In this document: one piece after another, positions 52,935-60,903 of the stretch
Position numbering within the stretch: the first letter of the stretch is position 1
How the letters are laid out: each line of letters opens with the position of its first letter
Assembly: GCA_018920365.1 (NCBI GenBank)
Contig: JAHLMM010000001.1
Location: forward strand, 4,449-68,448
Reading direction: 5' to 3'
Length of the DNA: 64,000 nt
Source of the DNA: Candidatus Aenigmatarchaeota archaeon
GTDB lineage: Archaea; Aenigmatarchaeota; Aenigmatarchaeia; CG10238-14
Notes under the pieces: generated by a model
Databases searched by the model: none
Told to the model about the DNA's origin: nothing
The model's input: only the letters and a program-made list of their open reading frames with translations
Translations under genes and position numbers: made by a program

Positions 52935-53450
52935 ATGGCATTGAGACCTGGAAGAACCGTAAGAAGAATTAAAAGACCTTGGACTAGAGTTTCTCAGAGA
53001 AAGCCTAAAAAAAGCTATGTAGTCGGTGTGCCATATCCAAGAATTCATGTTTTTGAAATGGGAAATAAAACAAAACAGTTTGAAGTTACTCTTGAATTAA
53101 AAGTGGAAAATTCTGTTCAAATAAGAGAAAATGCGCTTGAAGCTGCAAGAATAGTTGCAAACAAATATATAGAGAAAGTACTAGGTAAAGAAGGGTTTTT
53201 CATGAAAGTTTTGAAATATCCTCACCAAATTCTAAGAGAGCACTCACTTGCTACAGGTGCTGGCGCAGATAGATTTTCTATGGGTATGAGAAAAGCATTT
53301 GGCAGGCCTAAAGGAAGGGCTGTCATAATTCATTCAGGAGAGACTCTGATGATATTAAAGGTTGATAAAGCTAATCTAGATAATGCTAAAGAAGCATTGA
53401 GAAGGGCTTCTACAAAATTGCCTACACCTTGTAAAATAATTGTATCTTAA
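52935..53450 (+). CDS. rpl10e: 50S ribosomal protein L10e (uL16)
   Basis: 'MALRPGRTVRRIKRPWTR' and 'GAGADRFSMGMRKAFGRPKG'. Confidence 0.92.
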   Translation: MALRPGRTVRRIKRPWTRVSQRKPKKSYVVGVPYPRIHVFEMGNKTKQFEVTLELKVENSVQIRENALEAARIVANKYIEKVLGKEGFFMKVLKYPHQILREHSLATGAGADRFSMGMRKAFGRPKGRAVIIHSGETLMILKVDKANLDNAKEALRRASTKLPTPCKIIVS

Positions 53451-53827
53451 AATCTCCAAAAGTTTGCTATTATCAGAATTCCTAACATAATTCTAGCAAA
53501 CCTAGGCACATCGTCATGCCAGCTTTTTGTCAATTTTAGCTCAAATCTATTTCTGTAAAAAGAATAAATGCCATCTACTATCATGAATAAACCTAGAGCA
53601 ACTGAGTTTAATAACTTTAAAACAAAACCTAAAGCTGTAACTAGCCTTGTAAATCTCATTGTCTTTTCTGGTAACTCGTCAGCTAGGTAAGAATCCCACA
53701 TTACTGATCTCCAAGATAATGGAGATTTAAAGACATCGTGGAAAAAGTCGCTTGCAGACTTTTTTGCTTCTGCAAAAAAGCCCTTAACCTTTGAGAGCAG
53801 TTGCCTGCCCTTTAGGGGTTGAGCCAT
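53447..53827 (-). CDS. hypothetical membrane protein
   Basis: 126 aa with 2 predicted TM segments; no motif recognised. Confidence 0.45.
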   Translation of the reverse strand: MAQPLKGRQLLSKVKGFFAEAKKSASDFFHDVFKSPLSWRSVMWDSYLADELPEKTMRFTRLVTALGFVLKLLNSVALGLFMIVDGIYSFYRNRFELKLTKSWHDDVPRFARIMLGILIIANFWRF

Positions 53828-53881
53828 TGTAGATTATTATACCCTAGCTTGCTTAAAAAGGTTTCGAAATTGAAATTTTTG

Positions 53882-53916
53882 AAAAAAAATAAGCAAAAAT
53901 AATGCTTTTTTTGCTT
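53882..53916 (-). terminator. AT-rich hairpin plus T8 run downstream of the ACD-beta gene
   Basis: On the minus strand: AAGCAAAAA-(8 nt)-TTTTTGCTT followed by ATTTTTTTT. Confidence 0.4.
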
Positions 53917-53970
53917 TTATAGGTTATTATAAGACTTTTTTAGTTATAAAAAATCATTAAAATTCTTATT

Positions 53971-54675
53971 TTATACAAGAACCATTCTTGCATCAGTAGC
54001 TATTGCTTTGCTGCTGTCAACTATTAACGGATTTATGTCAACTTCTGATATTTCTGGGTTCTCGATCATTATTCTTGATAGCTTAACCAAAACATCTGCT
54101 ATTAATTCTACATTTGCTTTTTTTCCCCTAAAGCCCTTGAATATCTTTGATGATTTTAGTTCACCAATCATTTCCAATGCTGTTTTTCTATCAACAGGTG
54201 CTATTCTAAATACTATGTCCTTTAATGCCTCTGCATAAATGCCGCCTAAACCAACCATTATCACTGGACCAAATGTGTTATCTCTTTTAGCACCGACAAT
54301 AAGTTCAAAGTCTCCTTTAACCATCTCCTGTATGTAAAATCCTTGGGGATAAACATTGATTTTTTTCATATTACCAATAATCGAGATATATGCCTCTTCT
54401 AAAGATTTTTCATCTTTTATATCAAGCACAACAGCCCCTACATCTGTTTTGTGCACAACTTCTTCAGATACGGCTTTCAAAACAAGCGGAAATCCCATCC
54501 ATAATGCTGTTTTTTTTAACTGTTCAAAAGAAGTGCAAACTTCACCTTTTGCAATAGGTATTTTGTAAGCTGCCAAAATATCTTTTGCCTCTTTTTCTGT
54601 AAGATTTTTTGTCTGTTTTAACTGCATAATTCTACGCAAATTCATAGAATAATTATAGCTTTGGTTTAATATCAT
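53971..54675 (-). CDS. acetate--CoA ligase (ADP-forming) beta subunit / ATP-grasp domain protein
   Basis: 'LTEKEAKDILAAYKIPIAKGEV', 'GFPLVLKAVSEEVVHKTDVGAVVLDI' and 'EVDINPLIV'. At ~234 aa it matches ACD beta. Confidence 0.75.
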   Translation of the reverse strand: MILNQSYNYSMNLRRIMQLKQTKNLTEKEAKDILAAYKIPIAKGEVCTSFEQLKKTALWMGFPLVLKAVSEEVVHKTDVGAVVLDIKDEKSLEEAYISIIGNMKKINVYPQGFYIQEMVKGDFELIVGAKRDNTFGPVIMVGLGGIYAEALKDIVFRIAPVDRKTALEMIGELKSSKIFKGFRGKKANVELIADVLVKLSRIMIENPEISEVDINPLIVDSSKAIATDARMVLV

Positions 54676-55274
54676 TTTTTCCCCATTGCTCTTTTAAGTA
54701 CAAATTTTCGTAGTCCTTTTAACTTGCCTTTTTTATCAAGATATATGATTACAAAGATACCGATTATACCAGCAGCCATTATAAAATCTATACCTAATCC
54801 AATCAAAGATAAAACACCTTTAGCTGTTGTACCAGCATAGACAAGAAATACTGCTCTTGGGATCATACCTATGATTGTAGCTAATATGTATTTTCTAAAA
54901 TCTATTTTTGTAACGCCTGCTACATAGCTTATTAAATCAAATGGTATAAGTGGAATCAATCTTGCTATTAAAATAGCTTTGCTACCATTTTTATCTATCC
55001 ATTCGTCAACTTCGCCAATCCACTCGTCTCCTAAAAGTTTTATGACAATTTTTCTTCCAAAGTATCTAGAAATAAAAAATGCTATTGTTGCACCTGCTAG
55101 CAAACCTAAAACTCCTACAGCTATAACTTTGGTTGTATCTAAACCTAAAGCGCCTGACAAAGCTATAACAGCTTCTGATGGAATAACAACAAGTATTGTC
55201 TGCAAAATCATTAAAAGAAACAACCCAATATAGCCGTATGTGTTAAGCAAATGATAAATCAAACCTTCAAACAT
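54672..55274 (-). CDS. DedA / SNARE-associated (TVP38/TMEM64) family membrane protein
   Basis: 'GYIGLFLLMILQTILVVIPSEAVIALSGALG' and 'ARLIPLIPFDLISYVAGV'. Confidence 0.75.
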   Translation of the reverse strand: MFEGLIYHLLNTYGYIGLFLLMILQTILVVIPSEAVIALSGALGLDTTKVIAVGVLGLLAGATIAFFISRYFGRKIVIKLLGDEWIGEVDEWIDKNGSKAILIARLIPLIPFDLISYVAGVTKIDFRKYILATIIGMIPRAVFLVYAGTTAKGVLSLIGLGIDFIMAAGIIGIFVIIYLDKKGKLKGLRKFVLKRAMGKK

Positions 55275-55310
55275 CTATAAAGAATTAATTTAAATCAATT
55301 TAAAATTTGA

Positions 55311-55383
55311 TAGCCCCGCCCAGATTCGAACTGGGGTCTCGAGGTCCAGAGCCTCGCGTGCTTGGCCACTACACTACAGGGCT
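55311..55383 (-). tRNA. tRNA-Gln (anticodon CTG)
   Basis: Hand-folded 73-nt cloverleaf on the minus strand. Acceptor AGCCCTG/CGGGGCT, D-arm GTGT-AGTGGCCAA-GCAC, anticodon stem CGAGG/CCTCG with loop CTCTGGA, T-arm CCCAG-TTCGAAT-CTGGG, discriminator A. Confidence 0.9.
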
Positions 55384-55392
55384 GCACAATAA

Positions 55393-55620
55393 TTAGATTT
55401 TTTTCAATTCTTTTAATCCTTTTTGTGTTATCGCAAAAGTAGAATCAGAACCATATATGCTGACGAGCCATTGCTCTTCTAGCAATTCATCGATAATAGC
55501 ATCAAAATCTTTTTTAGAAACTTTTTTCTTTTTAGAAATTTGTTTAAAAACTTCAGACTTTTTGCAAACTTGCATTTCTTTTGCTACACCCATTACAAGT
55601 TTTGCCAATTCCCTATTCAT
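55393..55620 (-). CDS. small winged-helix-like protein
   Basis: 75 aa. 'KKSEVFKQIS...SKKDFDAIIDELLEEQWLVS..FAITQKGLKEL' looks wHTH-like. It overlaps the DJ-1 gene by 4 nt. Confidence 0.45.
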   Translation of the reverse strand: MNRELAKLVMGVAKEMQVCKKSEVFKQISKKKKVSKKDFDAIIDELLEEQWLVSIYGSDSTFAITQKGLKELKKI

Positions 55621-56147
55621 ATAACCAGTTCTTTTTTAAGCATTTGTGCAGCAGCGTCACCTTTAAGTTTTTTTACAATACCCAAAGCAAATTGTGCAGC
55701 TGTGCCTGGTGCTTGTGATGTGATTATATTTTGATCAATTAAAACAGGTTGATCGCGTGGATATGCTAAAAGCTTCTCCATACCAGGTGCTATAACAGCT
55801 TTTTTTTCATCTAACAATCCATTTGTAGCTAGAATGACAACAGCTTCACCTATAGCTGCAACTAATTTGCCTTGTGTAACAAAAGCTTTTACATAATCTA
55901 CTAGTACAGTAGATTTTGACAAAACAGCATAACCTGGTCCGCCTATTAAGATGATGCCGTCATAATTTCTTAAGTTTACTTCAGCCATCCTTTTTTCAGT
56001 CATTATTCTTATTTTATTTTTGCCATCAACCATTGATGCTGTAACACCTATTATATCAACCTGAAATCCAGCTTTTCTCAATATTGAAGCAGTTGTTACA
56101 AGTTCTATCTCATCAAAACCATTCACAACAGGAATCACAAGTTTCAT
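55617..56147 (-). CDS. DJ-1/PfpI family protein
   Basis: 'MKLVIPVVNGFDEIELVTTASILRKAGFQVDIIGV', 'YDGIILIGGPG' and 'VAAIGEA'. Here the nucleophile-elbow position reads AIG, not the Cys of AIC. Confidence 0.7.
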   Translation of the reverse strand: MKLVIPVVNGFDEIELVTTASILRKAGFQVDIIGVTASMVDGKNKIRIMTEKRMAEVNLRNYDGIILIGGPGYAVLSKSTVLVDYVKAFVTQGKLVAAIGEAVVILATNGLLDEKKAVIAPGMEKLLAYPRDQPVLIDQNIITSQAPGTAAQFALGIVKKLKGDAAAQMLKKELVI

Positions 56148-56259
56148 TTTGCCACCTCAACACATATATTCAATTTTAATCTTTTAAGATTTATTTTCTA
56201 TTAATAAAAAGATAATAAAACAATTAATTTCATAAATCAATAGAATTATAGGTGGTTTT

Positions 56260-56694
56260 TTGCCTGTAGTAGGTTATTACATAAGATCCATAGAAGCAAA
56301 GAGAAGAAACCCAACTAAAGATAGGGTTGATATAAACACAAACCTGAAAATTACAGCAATGGAAAAAGCAAATGTTGGTATCAAAAATAAAGAACCATCA
56401 ATTGATATTTCTTTTGAACTCCATACCAGATATGAGCCTGATGTTGGTGAAATCAGCATGGAAGGTAATGTAATGTACATTGGACCAAATATTAATGAAG
56501 CTTTGAAAATGTGGAAAAATGAGAAAAAAATATTACAGGATGTTGACATAGAAGTAAAAAACTTTCTTTTGAGAAAATGCATGACAATTGAGATAAATTT
56601 AGCAGAGAATATGGGGCTGCCACCGCCAATAATGTTTCCTACTGTTATTCCTGCTGACAAAAGACCTCAAGGAGATACTAGATATATAGGATGA
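56260..56694 (+). CDS. hypothetical protein (weak SecB-like pattern)
   Basis: TTG start preceded by AGGTGG. 144 aa, beta-rich, with the tail 'NFLLRKCMTIEINLAENMGLPPPIMFP'. The resemblance to SecB-type chaperones is only impressionistic. Confidence 0.4.
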   Translation: MPVVGYYIRSIEAKRRNPTKDRVDINTNLKITAMEKANVGIKNKEPSIDISFELHTRYEPDVGEISMEGNVMYIGPNINEALKMWKNEKKILQDVDIEVKNFLLRKCMTIEINLAENMGLPPPIMFPTVIPADKRPQGDTRYIG

Positions 56695-56698
56695 AAGG

Positions 56699-57040
56699 AT
56701 GTATAAGCAAGTAATTGTTTTAAGAAAAGACTTGAAGATGTCAACAGGTAAAGCTGCTGCTCAAGCTGCACATGCATCTTTAAAGGCTGTTGAAAAGGCT
56801 AGAAAAAATGTTGTATTTATGTGGAATTTAGTTGGTGCAAAAAAGGTTGTTTTAGCAGCTGAAAATGAATCTCAACTCAAAGAAATTTATGAAAATGCTA
56901 GAAAAGCGAAGCTGCCATGTTCAATAATCAAAGACGCTGGTAAAACTCATCTTAAGCCAGGCACATTAACAGCTGTGGCTATAGGACCTGATAATGAAAG
57001 AAAAATAGATGAAATAACTGGCAAGCTAAAAATGCTATAA
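56699..57040 (+). CDS. pth: peptidyl-tRNA hydrolase, archaeal Pth2 type
   Basis: 'KQVIVLRKDLKMSTGKAAAQAAHAS' and 'GKTHLKPGTLTAVAIGP'. Confidence 0.9.
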   Translation: MYKQVIVLRKDLKMSTGKAAAQAAHASLKAVEKARKNVVFMWNLVGAKKVVLAAENESQLKEIYENARKAKLPCSIIKDAGKTHLKPGTLTAVAIGPDNERKIDEITGKLKML

Positions 57041-58309
57041 TCATTTCGACCAAACATTTGATGATTTTCTATTTGAAACTATGCTAAATAATTCTATTAA
57101 AACTGTAAGAAATTGGGCAAATGTTATGAAAAAATAATATGGAAATGCAAACAAGTAAACAAATAAATGAACTAATTTGACTCTGCCTAGTCTGAAGAAT
57201 AAAAGGATATTATAGAAAATTGTTGCAAAATAATTCAAAATCGTTATTGCAAGCAAAGCTGTTAAAGGATAAATGCCTACCAAGACTCTGTAAAGCAATT
57301 CAAACATCCCATATGAGCAAAACCATCTGAAGATGTAAAGAAATGATTCTTGTGAAAAGACATTACCAGTAGATATGAAATATGTGTAAAAACCGCTGAA
57401 AAACCAATATAAAACAGACGGCAGATAAAGAAAGGAAAAAACATACCAAAAAAGATGTGTTGGTAGAGTGTAATATCCTAAAGGCCCTGATCGTTTTGAT
57501 GCAAAAATGTCTTTGTGCTTTCTCAAAACTTGCAAAGTTCCTCTTCCCCATCTTATTCTTTGTTTTAGCAATGACTTTAAAGTAGAAGGTGTTGTAGTAA
57601 ACATAACAGCGTCTGGATTAGCAACTGCCTTGTATCCTGCTTTGGCAAGCCTTAATGTTATTTCAAAATCTTCTGTCAGCGTATCAGCATTAAAACCGTT
57701 GACTCTGAGAAAAACTGATTTTTTTATTGCGAAAAACCCAGGCAGCACTGAAACAGCACCTATCTTTGATGACAAATATCTCCATCCAGATGACACTATA
57801 TAATCAAAATCCTGAAACCATGTCAAAGGATTTTTTGTTAGCTTTGCTCTGACAGCACCAGAAGAAGATGCTATTGATTTGTCTTGCAGAGGTTTTATAA
57901 TCTCTTTTATTGTCTGCTTTTCAAGACTTGAGTCTGCATCTAAAAACAATATGTATTCATATTTTGCTTTTGTAACACCATAATTCAATGCCCTTGCTTT
58001 GCCGACGTGTTTTGTATGCAAAAGCCTTATCTGTTTGTTTTGCATTGATTTGACTATCTCAGCTGTTTTGTCTGTTGAACCATCGTTAACAACTATAACT
58101 TCTATTTTACCTTTGTAATCAGAATCAAACACACTTTGTATAGTCTCTTTGATAGAATCTTGCTCATTATGCGCGGGTATTATGACAGAAACATTTGGTT
58201 GAAAATCTTTGTATTTTTTTTCAGCTTTTTTGAAAAATATAAATATCCAAGAAAGATTTAGCAAGAAAAGAAATGTAAACAGAAAAACCAAAACAATTTC
58301 ATATATCAT
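57041..58309 (-). CDS. membrane-embedded processive family-2 glycosyltransferase (beta-glycan synthase-like)
   Basis: 'VSVIIPAHNEQDSI', 'VVNDGSTDKT', 'FLDADS', 'TEDFE' and 'QRIRWGRG' (QxxRW), with multiple C-terminal TM helices. I chose the ATG at 58309, which forms an ATGA overlap with the upstream GT2 stop. Confidence 0.8.
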   Translation of the reverse strand: MIYEIVLVFLFTFLFLLNLSWIFIFFKKAEKKYKDFQPNVSVIIPAHNEQDSIKETIQSVFDSDYKGKIEVIVVNDGSTDKTAEIVKSMQNKQIRLLHTKHVGKARALNYGVTKAKYEYILFLDADSSLEKQTIKEIIKPLQDKSIASSSGAVRAKLTKNPLTWFQDFDYIVSSGWRYLSSKIGAVSVLPGFFAIKKSVFLRVNGFNADTLTEDFEITLRLAKAGYKAVANPDAVMFTTTPSTLKSLLKQRIRWGRGTLQVLRKHKDIFASKRSGPLGYYTLPTHLFWYVFSFLYLPSVLYWFFSGFYTYFISTGNVFSQESFLYIFRWFCSYGMFELLYRVLVGIYPLTALLAITILNYFATIFYNILLFFRLGRVKLVHLFVYLFAFPYYFFITFAQFLTVLIELFSIVSNRKSSNVWSK

Positions 58310-59577
58310 CTTGCATTGCCTTTCTTTGGTATAACATACCAATTCAATCTTTTCCTTAAAATGGCTCTTGCTATTCCATCAGCGATACCGATTGTCACTG
58401 CTATGCCGACTGTAAATGCTGATACTATGACGCTCTTTATCATTGATGTTTTCTTTTCTTTTTTCATAACATATATCAAAGCTAACAAAAATCCTGAGCT
58501 AGCCAAAGTTGATTTCAAAGTCTCTTTTGAAAATTTAATTATGTTAAAAGGCGCTGGTTCACCTGTCCAAAAGTAAATCATGCCTGATGCTATAAATATA
58601 AGAAAAACTATGCTTGAAACATATCCTGTTAAAGTCATAAACAGCATTGCTTTTTGTGGTAAAGTAAATTTGCCAAATAAAATTGATTTCCAATGATCTA
58701 GAAATGCATTAAAGTTTCCATAAGCCCATTTTCTTTGTTGTTTTCTCAAATCTCTTACAGTGTATGGAACTTCGCCTTTTACTTTCAAGTCATGTAAATA
58801 GACTATTTTATAGCCTGCATTTAAAACTCTCACTGAAAATTCAACATCTTCTGTCAAGCTCCATTCTTGCCATCCACCCAATTTTTTTATCAAATCTTTT
58901 CTTATGGCTTGACCTGATCCAAACAAGAGGGGGACGCCTAAAGCATTGTTTATTGGTGCTATAAGCTTTTGGTAAACCATAACTATACCGGATGCAAATT
59001 TTGTGACAATGTTCTGCTTTTCATTGATGAATATCCATCTTGATTGAACACAACCAATTTTTTTGTCAAGCAAAAACGGTGTTACTATTTCTTTCAAAAA
59101 ATTTCTGCTAGGAACAAAGTCAGAATCAAATATTACTATGATATCGCCTTTTGAATATTTCAGCATATGATTTAGATTTCCTGCTTTAAAACCAACGTTG
59201 CTTCCTCTTCTTGTAACTTTGATATTATTTTCAGCTGCAAATTCGTCAATTCTTTTTGATATCTCTTTGTTGTTGCTATCATCACCTATTATTATCTCAT
59301 ATCTATCTTTTGGATAATCAAGCTCAAGACATTTTTTTGCGCATCTTAATGCAACTAATTCATTGTATGTTGGTATTTGTATTGTTACAAAAGGCCATTC
59401 TTTTATATTCAATTTTTGACGTTGATTTCTTTGAGAGAATATTGACAAAAGGCACATTAATATGAAGTAAACTGAGAAAAAGACTACTGGAAAGAAAAAT
59501 ATGTTATAGGTCAAAAAACTAGTCTGATTTATTGTTTGCCATAATGTTTTAAACCATATCAAGTCCATTTCTACCAA
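58306..59577 (-). CDS. membrane-embedded processive family-2 glycosyltransferase (second copy)
   Basis: 'VTIQIPTYNE', 'IIGDDSNNKE', 'IFDSDF', 'TEDVE' and 'QQRKWAYG' (QxxRW-like), with N- and C-terminal TM helices. Confidence 0.8.
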   Translation of the reverse strand: MVEMDLIWFKTLWQTINQTSFLTYNIFFFPVVFFSVYFILMCLLSIFSQRNQRQKLNIKEWPFVTIQIPTYNELVALRCAKKCLELDYPKDRYEIIIGDDSNNKEISKRIDEFAAENNIKVTRRGSNVGFKAGNLNHMLKYSKGDIIVIFDSDFVPSRNFLKEIVTPFLLDKKIGCVQSRWIFINEKQNIVTKFASGIVMVYQKLIAPINNALGVPLLFGSGQAIRKDLIKKLGGWQEWSLTEDVEFSVRVLNAGYKIVYLHDLKVKGEVPYTVRDLRKQQRKWAYGNFNAFLDHWKSILFGKFTLPQKAMLFMTLTGYVSSIVFLIFIASGMIYFWTGEPAPFNIIKFSKETLKSTLASSGFLLALIYVMKKEKKTSMIKSVIVSAFTVGIAVTIGIADGIARAILRKRLNWYVIPKKGNAR

Positions 59578-59618
59578 CTATATAAATTATTATAAAATTA
59601 TATTTTTTAAGTGTTTAA

Positions 59619-60257
59619 ATGAAAAGATACACTAAAAAAGCATATGTTTTTGCTGCTATTCTTTCTTTGGTTTTATACTCAATAGGCATAATTACAGGAA
59701 TATACATACAAAAACAAAGCCAAAATTCAGTTGAAGCTAGGCTTGAGCAGATACAAAGATCAATAGAAAATACACAACTTGAATACCTTTACATAAATAG
59801 TTTAGGTGAAAAAATAAGCTGCGATTCTTTTAAAATACTTGTTGATGAAACTACGAATAATGTGTGGCAAATAGGTGATGAACTTGTAAAACTTGAAAGC
59901 GAAAGCAACAATGAAAAGTTTGTAGAATTGAAAAAAGAATATTCTCTTCTTTCAATAAGGGCATGGATATTGAACAATTATTTCAAAAACAAATGCAACT
60001 CTGATGATAAGGTAATACTTTATTTCTATTCAATACCTTGTGATCAATGCATAATTCAAGGAAAGATACTTGATGATTTAAGGGAAAATGAATTGAAAGG
60101 AAAACTCAAAGTTTTTGTGTTAGATATAAATGTTGAAGAACCTATGGTTGAACTTGTTAAAAAAACATATAAAATAAACGGCACTCCATCTATAGTTGTT
60201 GAAAACAAAACATTCTATGGCCTTGTAGAAAAAAACAAAATACTATCATCAGTTTAA
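59619..60257 (+). CDS. membrane-anchored thioredoxin-fold protein (extracytoplasmic thiol-disulfide oxidoreductase candidate)
   Basis: N-terminal TM 'AYVFAAILSLVLYSIGIITGIYI', the motif 'YFYSIPCDQCIIQ' (CxxC) and 'INGTPSIVV' (cis-Pro loop). Confidence 0.65.
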   Translation: MKRYTKKAYVFAAILSLVLYSIGIITGIYIQKQSQNSVEARLEQIQRSIENTQLEYLYINSLGEKISCDSFKILVDETTNNVWQIGDELVKLESESNNEKFVELKKEYSLLSIRAWILNNYFKNKCNSDDKVILYFYSIPCDQCIIQGKILDDLRENELKGKLKVFVLDINVEEPMVELVKKTYKINGTPSIVVENKTFYGLVEKNKILSSV

Positions 60258-60842
60258 ATAGGTGTAATTGCCTGCATAATCCATAACTGATAATATTATT
60301 TTCATTGTTGCTAAATCCATATCTCTGTCTGTCTTTGCATAAACATAAATTCTGTTGCTGGATACCTTGATGATTGTTTCGTTTGCATATGTTGGTGGTA
60401 TGTAAACTATCTTTAATACACCGTCCTCTCGAGTTATATTATCAAAACTTTCAATTTCAGAGGCATTTATGTTTTTTTCAAAAATTATTGGATAAGATGT
60501 TTTGTATATTGCTGTAAGTTTGTATGCTAATTCAAAAAAATTTGCTTGATACCTTCCTATGTATTGCTGTTCTGGTTTGAAAAGAATTGAAATATTTTGA
60601 ATTTTGTAATCCCAAAACATATTTCCAAGCATTTTATCATTTGGATAAACAGGAATTCTCTCAGCTGCTTTAACATTATCTCTAAAAACAAAAAGTAATC
60701 CTCTGTATTTTACAGAATTTACAGGTTTCAAGTTAATTAAAACTTGAATTAAAACCATTATTATTGCTGACAGAATTAACAAAAAAATTAATGTTTTTAT
60801 GAATGTTTTTACTTTGAATTTTGCTTTCATTTTAATCATCAT
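60249..60842 (-). CDS. hypothetical N-terminally anchored extracytoplasmic protein
   Basis: TM 'LIFLLILSAIIMVLIQVLI'; the rest is beta-rich with no recognisable motif. Confidence 0.45.
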   Translation of the reverse strand: MMIKMKAKFKVKTFIKTLIFLLILSAIIMVLIQVLINLKPVNSVKYRGLLFVFRDNVKAAERIPVYPNDKMLGNMFWDYKIQNISILFKPEQQYIGRYQANFFELAYKLTAIYKTSYPIIFEKNINASEIESFDNITREDGVLKIVYIPPTYANETIIKVSSNRIYVYAKTDRDMDLATMKIILSVMDYAGNYTYLN

Positions 60843-60903
60843 AGAATTTTATAGAAAAAATAAAAGAAAAAAGAAGGCCAAATTAGCCAAGTTTCTATCT
60901 GAC

